Origin: an uncultured Bacilli bacterium
GTDB taxonomy: Bacteria; Bacillota_I; Bacilli_A; RFN20; CAG-449
Direction: 5' to 3'
Assembly: GCA_944332075.1 (NCBI GenBank)
Contig: CALVJL010000001.1
Location: 138,775 to 202,774 of the forward strand
Length of the DNA: 64,000 nt
Shown piece by piece: positions 1-7,871 of this stretch. The notes below the pieces were generated by a model, which did not search any database, had not been told where the DNA came from, and worked only from the letters and a program-made list of their open reading frames with translations. The position numbers and the translations under genes were made by a program. How positions within the stretch are numbered: position 1 is the stretch's first letter; each line of letters begins with the position of its first letter.

Positions 1-90
1 ACGTAAAATCTCCATTACCATACCTAATAGAAATGAAATTATGAAAAGTATGAAGAAAATACATAATATGATTTTCATAATTTTTTTCAT
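1..90 (-). CDS. Partial CDS at window edge (N-terminus of a hydrophobic protein; ATG at 88-90 preceded by nothing visible)
   Basis: Reverse-complement of 1-90 reads MKKIMKIILCIFFILFIISFLLGMVMEILR and runs off the window start. Too short to assign. Confidence 0.25.
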   Translation of the reverse strand, partial: MKKIMKIILCIFFILFIISFLLGMVMEILR

Positions 91-265
91 ATTTTTCACT
101 CGCCTTTCTACCATAAGCACTCTATAACAAGAGTAAATTACAATTTTACTTTTATCAATTATTATAAATCAGACCTGATTTACTAATATAATTCATATCC
201 TCTAAAATCAGCTATCCAATCGTAGTCATTAGAAAGTGTAGCACCGAATCATAACTAAAAAAACT

Positions 266-292
266 GACACCCCTACTAGCAAAATGAAACCC
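266..292 (+). repeat. Repeat unit GACACCCCTACTAGCAAAATGAAACCC (copy A)
   Basis: Direct repeat of 3168-3194 with 26 of 27 positions identical. It lies on the other side of the MerR/ABC operon. Confidence 0.75.
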
Positions 293-435
293 TTACTAGA
301 TAAACGAAACCCCTTAATAAATGCTTGATACCACTTCTTTGCTTACGTTTGAAGATGTTTGTTGGTTGAGTATAAATTCAACTTAAAGAAATTGACGCAA
401 TATAAGGCAAACGTAAGGGTTTTGTGAGGCTATTA

Positions 436-472
436 AAAAGACTAGGATTTCTTACTTCCTAGCCTAGATTTT
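436..472 (-). terminator. Rho-independent terminator downstream of the ABC-2 permease gene
   Basis: Minus-strand hairpin CTAGG-n11-CCTAG followed by TCTTTTT, immediately 3' of the permease stop at 495. Confidence 0.5.
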
Positions 473-494
473 GAATAATTGCTTTTTACATAAA

Positions 495-1211
495 TTATTT
501 TGATTTTTGTTTTGCTAAAAGTACTGAACACAATATAACTTCTAAAGCCAATATAAGTATTAAATACCAAACATTTTCAAAACAAAAACCATTATCTAAC
601 ATTAATTGATAACCCCAAGACGCAGGAAAAATACGACCTATGATTAAGAGAAAATTAGGTAATAAATCAATAGGAAACATTATCCCAGAAAGCATGATTG
701 ATGGTAAAAAAACAAGTTGTGATACCATTGTCAGTTTAGCCCTATTTTTTACAACTAAACCTAATACACCGCCAATACCAAGCGCCACAATAATATACAT
801 AGTAAGACCAAGAAAAAAATATGGTAATTGTGCTGGTAAGCTTGCTTTAAATATCAACGGAGCAAGAATTATGATAACCGATGAACTAATCATCAAATGC
901 ACAAATGTAGAAAGGAATATAGTAACAAAACCTAAATATATAGGAACTCCATTTGCTTTATACACTTTTTGTATATCGCTTCCATAAGTTTCGGCTAATG
1001 TCGGCGGTAATCCAATAATAGCTCCCATTGAAATATTCATCACAATCATTGATTGTATAAGCGTGCTTTTCATTTCAGGCATGACAGATATAAAAATACC
1101 GCCAATAAGTAAAAAGAAAATAAGAGGCACAATATAGCAAGTTATTAATAAAGTTTTACTACGTATATCTAACTTCAGCTGCAATAATAATCCATACCAA
1201 AAACCTCTCAC
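495..1211 (-). CDS. ABC-2 type transporter permease
   Basis: 238 aa with six predicted TM helices. Its start overlaps the upstream ABC ATPase stop by 4 nt (ATGA). Typical ABC-2 exporter membrane subunit. Confidence 0.7.
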   Translation of the reverse strand: MRGFWYGLLLQLKLDIRSKTLLITCYIVPLIFFLLIGGIFISVMPEMKSTLIQSMIVMNISMGAIIGLPPTLAETYGSDIQKVYKANGVPIYLGFVTIFLSTFVHLMISSSVIIILAPLIFKASLPAQLPYFFLGLTMYIIVALGIGGVLGLVVKNRAKLTMVSQLVFLPSIMLSGIMFPIDLLPNFLLIIGRIFPASWGYQLMLDNGFCFENVWYLILILALEVILCSVLLAKQKSK

Positions 1212-2023
1212 TTTATTTCCCTCCTCGCTATTTCAACAAAGTGTTCTTCAAGCGATCCACGATCGACTTTAATATCTAAAACTTTGACTTTTTTATGTTT
1301 AAACTCACCTAATAAAGTGATTAAAGTATCTTCTATATTATTTGTCTCTATGGTTTGGTTTTCCAACTCTGTTTTTATATGAATGAAGTACTTTCTTCCA
1401 ACATTCTCAGTCAATTCAGAAACTGTCCCACAAAAAATAATATTACCCTTATTTAAAATAGCAATACGATCACATAATGCTTCAACTTCTGCCATATCAT
1501 GACTTGCTAAAACTATTGTTTTTCCTTCTGATTTAAGACATTTAATCTGTTCGTGAAGTGAAAGCTTTCCTTCAACATCAAGTCCAGCTGTAGGCTCATC
1601 AAGAAAAATAATATCTGGATTACCTACAAGGGCAAGCGCTAGATTTAATCGTCTTTTTTGACCGGTGGATAGTTCAAAATATTGTTTCTTTTCTATTTCT
1701 TTAATTCCTAGTTTTTTTAACATCTCATAATCTATTTTTTCTTTATTCCATTTAGCAAAAAGTTTTATTGCTTCCATTGGTTTGATATGTGCAGGTAACG
1801 AGGATGATTGCAATTGGATTCCAATTTTGCCATTTACAGTTATTGTCCCACTATCATATTTTCTTAATCCTTCAATAATCTCTAAAGTTGTAGTTTTCCC
1901 TGCGCCATTAATACCAAGTAAAGCAAAAATCTCACCTTTTTTAACTTTAAATTCTATTCCTTTAAGAACTTCACAAGTCCCATAATTCTTTCTTAATTCA
2001 TTAACATTTATAGCATCTATCAT
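1208..2023 (-). CDS. ABC transporter ATP-binding protein
   Basis: Walker A GINGAGKTT, ABC signature LSTGQKRRL and Walker B IIFLDEPTAGLD are present. Confidence 0.9.
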   Translation of the reverse strand: MIDAINVNELRKNYGTCEVLKGIEFKVKKGEIFALLGINGAGKTTTLEIIEGLRKYDSGTITVNGKIGIQLQSSSLPAHIKPMEAIKLFAKWNKEKIDYEMLKKLGIKEIEKKQYFELSTGQKRRLNLALALVGNPDIIFLDEPTAGLDVEGKLSLHEQIKCLKSEGKTIVLASHDMAEVEALCDRIAILNKGNIIFCGTVSELTENVGRKYFIHIKTELENQTIETNNIEDTLITLLGEFKHKKVKVLDIKVDRGSLEEHFVEIARREIK

Positions 2024-2031
2024 GATTTCAC

Positions 2032-2820
2032 CTACTCAAACGGATTTATTCCAATCCTTTTAAAATAAATTTCTAAGGCAGGACCTACATAATCGTTAAC
2101 AATCTTTTGTCTTTCTTCCCAGGAATTTGTAGCCATACCTATATTTCCAACTTCCATTAATTTTGGAAGCATACTCATATCTCCGTTGGTAAACTCCATG
2201 ATTAACCCCCAATATTCTCCTATTATCTTTTGACTTTCTTCGCTTCCTGGAGAAACTTTTTCTTCATGAAGTCTTACAATTTCATCACTTAAATGATTAA
2301 ATCTAGCCATAAAATCTAAACCACTTTCTTTATCAAATTTGTTACGTATATGGTCAAGTGTATTATCGTCAAAACGTTTGATGAGTGGATAAAATTCATT
2401 TTTCATTTGTAAATTAACAATAATATCTGCATATTTCTTGAAATTGACAGTATTCATTTGCAATACTTCTTCTTTTAATTGCTCGATTGCTTTTAAAGAA
2501 TCTTGCAGATTTTTGATTTTATTACGAATATCGTTAGCCTGTTCACTAAGAGCATTAGCCACATCTTTTGGTGTTTCTAATTTAATCAGTCTTTCTTTTA
2601 TATCATCTAAAGTAAAACCTAAAGATTTTAAAGATAAAACTTGATGAAGCATAATTAGATCTTTGCTCGAATAAAGTCTTCGACCACCTTCACTATGTGT
2701 AGATGGCGAAAGCAAACCCTCTTTATCATAATATTGTAGAGTGCGAACAGTAACTCCCATTTTCTTTGCAACTTCTCCAATTGTCATAAAGTTATTAGGA
2801 ATAGCTCTATATTTACTCAT
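2032..2820 (-). CDS. MerR family transcriptional regulator (N-terminal HTH plus C-terminal effector domain, TipAL/BmrR-like)
   Basis: N-terminus MTIGEVAKKMGVTVRTLQYYDKEGLL is a MerR HTH, followed by a coiled linker and a ~150 aa C-terminal domain. A strong RBS (AGGAGG) precedes it. It is co-oriented with the ABC efflux pair. Confidence 0.85.
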   Translation of the reverse strand: MSKYRAIPNNFMTIGEVAKKMGVTVRTLQYYDKEGLLSPSTHSEGGRRLYSSKDLIMLHQVLSLKSLGFTLDDIKERLIKLETPKDVANALSEQANDIRNKIKNLQDSLKAIEQLKEEVLQMNTVNFKKYADIIVNLQMKNEFYPLIKRFDDNTLDHIRNKFDKESGLDFMARFNHLSDEIVRLHEEKVSPGSEESQKIIGEYWGLIMEFTNGDMSMLPKLMEVGNIGMATNSWEERQKIVNDYVGPALEIYFKRIGINPFE

Positions 2821-2838
2821 AATTACCTCCTTATACGC

Positions 2839-2869
2839 ATTTTAAACCATTACGTTACGTCACAAACAA
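2839..2869 (-). promoter_or_regulatory. Putative MerR-type promoter with a 19-bp spacer
   Basis: On the minus strand: TTGTTT, then 19 nt (GTGACGTAACGTAATGGTT), then TAAAAT, about 20 nt upstream of the RBS. Over-long 19-bp spacers are the hallmark of MerR-activated promoters. Confidence 0.4.
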
Positions 2870-3081
2870 GCCTTATTTTAATTAAATTTTTAAATCTTAT
2901 TTACTTTTATTGTACAATGAGATTTTAATGCTATTTAAAAAGAAAATTCATATATAGTCATTCGCATTAAAGTGTTAATCACTAAAAATTTTATTATTCA
3001 ATAGAGATATTATTTTATTTACATTATATAGAGTTGTGAAATCACAAGTATGAAAATCTTATGAATAAAAAAGTGCTATTT

Positions 3082-3123
3082 CCCCATTTCTTTGCCAATT
3101 AGGGTATGATAGAAATGGGGGGG
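3082..3123. repeat. 42-bp GC-rich hairpin element, copy 1 (CCCCATTTC-n21-GAAATGGGG)
   Basis: A perfect 9-bp stem. The 21-nt loop is the exact reverse complement of the loop in copy 2 at 5072-5112 apart from one base. It is followed by GAAGTTTCATATAAAATG, which is also conserved beside copy 2. Confidence 0.8.
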
Positions 3124-3167
3124 AAGTTTCATATAAAATGTCTTTGTGCCGTCGTTTGATACAAAAC

Positions 3168-3194
3168 GACACCCCTACTAGCAAAACGAAACCC
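3168..3194 (+). repeat. Repeat unit GACACCCCTACTAGCAAAACGAAACCC (copy B of the CTACTAGCAAAAYG family)
   Basis: A near-identical 27-mer occurs at 266-292. The core CTACTAGCAAAACG recurs at 4931-4944. CTAGTAG half-sites occur at 4864-4870 and 4883-4889. Confidence 0.75.
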
Positions 3195-3427
3195 TAAAGG
3201 AGTGCGTATTTTATTGGTATTTTTTATTATTTACTAGTCCATCTATAGTGACCATAAACCTCATTGACTGCTTCAATGTAGCAAATGAATGATGGATGAT
3301 TATTATCGTTCCTTTTTAAATATAAATTCTTTTTGTCGAGATAACATTGTCTGACTTCTTCCCATAAATTATTGGCTTTAAGCGTCACAAATTTTTCAGA
3401 TACTTTGCTTGAATTAGGTACTTGGTT

Positions 3428-3883
3428 TCAAAAATACCTATCAGAATTTGTATAACCAGTTTTTTGATGAATTAATCGATACCAGTTTCCTTTATCATCT
3501 TTTTTAACAATGCAAAGATCCATACTAAATTTGATGTCAGGATTATCTTTAAAATATACGCACTTTGATGATAATGTCGAGGTGGAATCCTCAACATCAT
3601 GCAACCCGTTTTTTCTCATTATCTTGTTTAAAGCTTTACGCGTAGTTTCCTTAAGAAATCTACAGTCAGTTATATCATCACACTTTTGAATCAAAAGATT
3701 ATAATCAAAATCAATGTCACCATCTTCATTTTGAGTGACCATATTTCTACTACCACTACCAACTAATATAAATTGGGCGCTTATACCTTCTTCTAACAAG
3801 GATCCAACAAGTTTGTTTAAATCTTCAACACAAGAATTTTGAGCTCTTTTCAAAAACTCTTTATCCTCTACAAAATGATACAT
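3428..3883 (-). CDS. Minimal nucleotidyltransferase-fold protein (Pol-beta superfamily; SMODS/MNT-like; Lnu-like alternative)
   Basis: 151 aa. LVGSGSRNMVTQNEDGDIDFD matches the NTase signature hG[GS]-x(9-13)-DhD. A further acidic residue lies in a predicted strand (FSMDLCIV). It has its own strong RBS (AAGGAGG) and a TGA stop. No second domain is present. Confidence 0.6.
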   Translation of the reverse strand: MYHFVEDKEFLKRAQNSCVEDLNKLVGSLLEEGISAQFILVGSGSRNMVTQNEDGDIDFDYNLLIQKCDDITDCRFLKETTRKALNKIMRKNGLHDVEDSTSTLSSKCVYFKDNPDIKFSMDLCIVKKDDKGNWYRLIHQKTGYTNSDRYF

Positions 3884-4200
3884 ACTTAAAAACCTCCTTA
3901 ATAAATATTATCCCCATGCCTACCACTTGAAGTATGTATCCGTTCTTCAAATCAAATATTTATATCTTTCAAAACAATATTTGTCGATAGTTATCGAGCG
4001 TTTTCACTCGTTTTCATCAAAAAAAGACTAGGTCCTTAATTATATTTTGAAATGCAAAAAAACGCACGAAATGACACTAAATCACTTCAATGCGTTTATA
4101 TTTGTTATCAATGTAATTATTTAAACCGAAATCACTATTATTATTTCTTATTGGAAGTATACTAAATTTTAATTTAAGAAAGATAACTATAATTTCAATT

Positions 4201-4671
4201 CTATCTATAAAGTACAACAATTTTAGGATCTGACAAATCTTGTTCTCTAACAAAGCATTCTGCGTAATCTCCAACTTGATATGAAGTAAAATATTTAGAG
4301 AATATTCTAGATACAAATCTAATTTTAACTTTTTTATTTAAATTATCTGTTTCGATTTTTCCATACATTACACTACCTAAGAATCTTTCTAGGATTTTAA
4401 CATGAATCAATTTTCCTTTTGAATTAATAAATGGCAAAAATCTATATAGATATATAATCAAAGAAGCAATAAAGCAAATAGCAAACAATACATCTATCAA
4501 TATTAGAACACTAAATATTTCATTAACTGCTTCTTGATTAGCATTTGTGGAATCAAAAGACTTTAAATAAAATATCAAGCATAAAAAGCAAATAAATGTT
4601 ATTAGTTGAATTGCTAAGGAAATAATCATCCAAGAAAAACCGTACATTCTTTTAATATTGAATTTTTCCAT
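4201..4671 (-). CDS. Small two-TM membrane protein (SLATT-like topology), unknown function
   Basis: 156 aa. Two predicted TM helices (residues ~12-36 and ~52-76) are followed by an ~80 aa soluble C-terminal region. It lies immediately upstream of the NTase gene on the same strand, with a hairpin and T-run terminator between them. Confidence 0.5.
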   Translation of the reverse strand: MEKFNIKRMYGFSWMIISLAIQLITFICFLCLIFYLKSFDSTNANQEAVNEIFSVLILIDVLFAICFIASLIIYLYRFLPFINSKGKLIHVKILERFLGSVMYGKIETDNLNKKVKIRFVSRIFSKYFTSYQVGDYAECFVREQDLSDPKIVVLYR

Positions 4672-4926
4672 ATTTAAATTCCATATTTATAATTTATGTT
4701 TCCAACAACCATACAACCACGGTTATTCGTGTTGTTAACATAAAATGTTTTTTCATTAATAAAACCTCCTATGTCTTGGTTAGTTGCGACTAACTAAAGT
4801 ATACTACTTCCTTTTTATATGTCAATAATTTTAATCAAGCAAAAACATAGGGGTATCATTTCTCTAGTAGGGTATCGTTTTTCTAGTAGAACTAATTTTT
4901 AAAAATTCCTCAGTTCGAACGAGTTT

Positions 4927-5064
4927 TCATCTACTAGCAAAACGCAAAAAATATTTCAATGCATCCGCGCGAAAACCATATTTTCTTTCGATTTCATAAA
5001 TTGGTACGTTCTCTTCGATGTGAAGCTTCACAAAGCGAAGCTTTTCTTTTAATGTGTACTTCAT
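4927..5064 (-). pseudogene. IS3-family transposase OrfA N-terminal remnant (HTH only, about 45 aa)
   Basis: MKYTLKEKLRFVKLHIEENVPIYEIERKYGF resembles the IS3/IS150 OrfA N-terminal HTH (consensus ...YT.EFK..AVKLY.E.G.SI.EIA...GI). It terminates after 45 codons. The longer ORF in the six-frame track (to 5121) merely reads through the hairpin. Confidence 0.5.
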
Positions 5065-5071
5065 GTAAAAA

Positions 5072-5112
5072 CCCCCATTTCTATCATACCCTAATGGGCA
5101 AAGAAATGGGGG
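5072..5112. repeat. 42-bp GC-rich hairpin element, copy 2 (inverted relative to copy 1)
   Basis: CCCCCATTTC-n21-GAAATGGGGG, with a loop that is the reverse complement of the copy-1 loop. It sits 15 nt from the tRNA-Trp 3' end. Confidence 0.8.
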
Positions 5113-5126
5113 AAGTTTCAATAAAA

Positions 5127-5200
5127 TGGCAGGGGTAGCAGGAATCGAACCCGCAATAACGGTTTTGGAGACCGTTGCTATACCATTTAACTATACCCCT
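5127..5200 (-). tRNA. trnW: tRNA-Trp (anticodon CCA)
   Basis: Minus-strand sequence AGGGGTA...ACGGTCTCCAAAACCGT...GGTTCGATTCC...TACCCCT-G-CCA. The anticodon loop CTCCAAA gives anticodon CCA. The 3' CCA is encoded. Confidence 0.85.
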
Positions 5201-5210
5201 AAAATAAGGG

Positions 5211-5633
5211 CTAGAGACTTCTAGCAATTTTATTCACTAACCCCATATCAACTTTTCCAGCAAAATTTGTTTTGAAATGTTTCATAACTGCTGGCATTGA
5301 CTTATCGTCAAGTTTAGCGATTTCTTCTCTGATTTCTGCTTCGCTCATCATTCGAGGCAAATAGCCTTTAATGAGATCCATTTGTTTTTGGATATCATCA
5401 GCTTTTTGTTGATTAGAAACCTTTAGGTAGTTAGCTTTTTCGTCTTCGAGCTCTTTAATCGTTTTCTGAATGACACTAATCATATCAGCATCGGAAGCTG
5501 TTTGACCTTTCTCTTTCTTTTCGATTGAGAGAAGCATGTACTTATTCATTACAATGCTATAGATTCCTTTAGCTACCTGATCGCGAGCTTTCATCGCTAA
5601 GACATTGGCTTTTTTAATTTCATCAATTAACAT
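5211..5633 (-). CDS. yqeY: GatB/YqeY domain protein
   Basis: 140 aa. The N-terminus MLIDEIKKANVLAMKARD... and the overall helical YqeY-like pattern support the call. Confidence 0.7.
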   Translation of the reverse strand: MLIDEIKKANVLAMKARDQVAKGIYSIVMNKYMLLSIEKKEKGQTASDADMISVIQKTIKELEDEKANYLKVSNQQKADDIQKQMDLIKGYLPRMMSEAEIREEIAKLDDKSMPAVMKHFKTNFAGKVDMGLVNKIARSL

Positions 5634-5693
5634 AAAAACCTCCTTAGCGATATTTAATTTACCACTTAATCAAGCAAAAATCAACTATAAATT

Positions 5694-7550
5694 TTAAGAT
5701 AAATATTCTTCCTCTAACTTAGCTAAATCTGCTTTTAATGCATCTAGCTTTTTCTCTAATGCTTGCGATTTATGATAATCCATATAATTTTCTTCTTTGA
5801 ATAAATCTTCTTCGACTTTCTTTATTTCCGCTTCAGTTTTATTGATTAATTCTTCAAGTTTTAAAGGAGAACGTTTGGATTTTGGTTTATCTGAAACAAC
5901 TTTTGCTTTGATAACTGGTTTCTTCTCATCTTCGAGCTCATCGCTAAGTGAGAAAAGCGATGCTTCTTTTTCTTTGAAATCGAGGTAATTTCCTTCCATA
6001 AAATAAGGTTTATGATGATCGATATACAAAATATGCGTAGCTAACTCATCGACGAAATAACGGTCATGGCTAACAAAAATAATTGATCCTTGATAATCTT
6101 TTAAAGCTAATGTTAAAGCTTGCCGAGTAACCATATCAAGATGGTTAGTCGGTTCATCTAGTAAGAGAACATCATAATTTTCTAAGATGATTTTAGCTAA
6201 AACGACACGCATCTTTTCTCCGCCGGATAAAAATCCAATCTTTTTATTAGCGTCTTCATAATCAAAGTTAAATTTTCCTAAATGATTATATACGCCTTTT
6301 TCGCCAAGAGACGGAAAATCTTTTAACAATTCTTCAGCAACTGTTAAATCCGGATTAAGATCGACTTGATGCTGTTTAATATAACCAATATTGATTTGTC
6401 TTAAATATCTTATCTCGCCTTGTAAAATATGTTTTAATGAGACAATCGCTTCGAGCAAAGTAGTTTTTCCGCAGCCATTAGAGCCCATAATAGCAATTTT
6501 ATTTTGACCAAATAAGGAAAAATTAATATGCTCAATTAACGGTTGATCATAGCCTATGGTAACATCATCAACCTTTATGATTTCTTTGTTAGCTAACGAT
6601 TCACCATGAAAATTTAGTTTTAGTTTATTTTTATTTTCATAAGGCTTATCAAGAATCTTCATGTGCTCAAGTTTCTTCTCGCGGTCTTTTGCCCGAGACA
6701 CAAAACGCGGCTTTGGTTTATAAAATTCAATAAAACGTTTTAATTTTGCAATTTCGCGTTGCTGATTATTATAGGCGTTAAGCATATTTTGATAACGGAT
6801 TTTCTTTTCTTCAACATAAAAAGAATAGTTACCTTTATATACTTCAGCAGCATGGTTATCAATTTCAACAATCTTATTTGCTAATGCATCGATAAAATAA
6901 CGGTCATGGCTAACAAAAAGTAACGCGCCGCGATAAGATTTAAGATATGTTTCAAGCCATTCAATCGTCGCGATATCTAAGTGATTAGTCGGCTCATCAA
7001 GAATCAATAAATCAGGTTTGATTAATAATAACTTTACAAACGCCGCTTTTGTTCTTTCTCCTCCAGAAAATGAAGATAAAACTCTCGTTAAATCTTCTTT
7101 ATGAAATCCGAATTTGGAAAGCATCATATTGATTTGATAATGATAATCATATCCACCTAAAAGTGAAAATTCTGTTTGTTTCTTTCCATATTCATCAATT
7201 AAGGTTTGATTATTTGGGTCATTAGATAATTTTTGCTCAAGTTCTGAGAGTTCTTTTTCTTTAATCATTAAAGGAGTAAAAACTGATTCAATTTCTTGAT
7301 ATAGAGTATGATTAACATCTTTAATGACCTCTTGCGACAAATAGCCAAACTTAGCTCCTTTTGCAAAAATTATTTCCCCAGAAGTTATTTCTTCTTCTCC
7401 GATAATCATCTTTAACAAAGTAGTTTTTCCATTGCCGTTTGGTCCAATTAAAGCAACGCGGTCATTATCATTAATTAAAAAGCTTACTTTATCGAATAAT
7501 AAAGTGTCGCCGAATTCTTTTTTTACGTTTTGAAGAGTAAGTATTTGCAT
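5694..7550 (-). CDS. ABC-F family ATPase (two ABC cassettes plus C-terminal coiled coil; Uup/YdiF-like translation factor)
   Basis: 618 aa. Two Walker A motifs (GPNGNGKTT and GSNGCGKTT), two ABC signatures (LSGGERTKAAF and LSGGEKMRVVL) and no TM domain. A K/E-rich coiled-coil tail is present. Confidence 0.9.
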   Translation of the reverse strand: MQILTLQNVKKEFGDTLLFDKVSFLINDNDRVALIGPNGNGKTTLLKMIIGEEEITSGEIIFAKGAKFGYLSQEVIKDVNHTLYQEIESVFTPLMIKEKELSELEQKLSNDPNNQTLIDEYGKKQTEFSLLGGYDYHYQINMMLSKFGFHKEDLTRVLSSFSGGERTKAAFVKLLLIKPDLLILDEPTNHLDIATIEWLETYLKSYRGALLFVSHDRYFIDALANKIVEIDNHAAEVYKGNYSFYVEEKKIRYQNMLNAYNNQQREIAKLKRFIEFYKPKPRFVSRAKDREKKLEHMKILDKPYENKNKLKLNFHGESLANKEIIKVDDVTIGYDQPLIEHINFSLFGQNKIAIMGSNGCGKTTLLEAIVSLKHILQGEIRYLRQINIGYIKQHQVDLNPDLTVAEELLKDFPSLGEKGVYNHLGKFNFDYEDANKKIGFLSGGEKMRVVLAKIILENYDVLLLDEPTNHLDMVTRQALTLALKDYQGSIIFVSHDRYFVDELATHILYIDHHKPYFMEGNYLDFKEKEASLFSLSDELEDEKKPVIKAKVVSDKPKSKRSPLKLEELINKTEAEIKKVEEDLFKEENYMDYHKSQALEKKLDALKADLAKLEEEYLS

Positions 7551-7871
7551 AACAGAATAATTATTGATAAAAATACCTTCTAATTCAAGAAGTATTCATT
7601 AATGAATAAAAAATATTTATTATTCATAATTTGGCTTTAAATAATCAATAAATGCTTGTCATCTGTTTAATATTTTTGATTTTAAAGTTAAAAAATACTA
7701 AACAAAACAATTTATCAGTTATTTTATAAATAAAATATGAGCACAAAATACCTGAATAAATAATTTTTATTTTTTTATTGTTAAAAAAGATAAAATCACG
7801 CATAATAACCTAGTCTTTGTTTAGAGAAAGTAAACTTTATTCTTAAAGTCACAAAACAAGATGGAGGAATT

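Noticed and set aside
335-409. Long-range inverted repeat CTTACGTTTG…CAAACGTAAG (10-bp stem, about 55-nt loop) as a possible sRNA or riboswitch
   Set aside because: It has no adjacent T-run on either strand and no recognisable conserved motif. It lies in a repeat-rich intergenic region, and I could not support a specific RNA call.
3428-3883. Considered calling the 151-aa NTase a CD-NTase (CBASS cyclase)
   Set aside because: CD-NTases are at least 280 aa with a helical C-terminal lobe. This protein is too small and has no adjacent Cap effector. It fits the SMODS/MNT/Lnu size class instead.
4077-4316. 79-aa minus-strand ORF between the NTase and 2TM genes
   Set aside because: It overlaps the 3' end of the 2TM gene in another frame and spans its terminator. 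Its composition is Ile/Asn/Lys-rich, typical of AT-rich out-of-frame reads.
4927-5121. 64-aa ORF as drawn in the track (MKLPPFLCPLGYDRNGGFY...)
   Set aside because: The first 19 codons are a translation of the GC-rich hairpin. The real coding remnant starts at the internal ATG (5064) and is a truncated transposase HTH.
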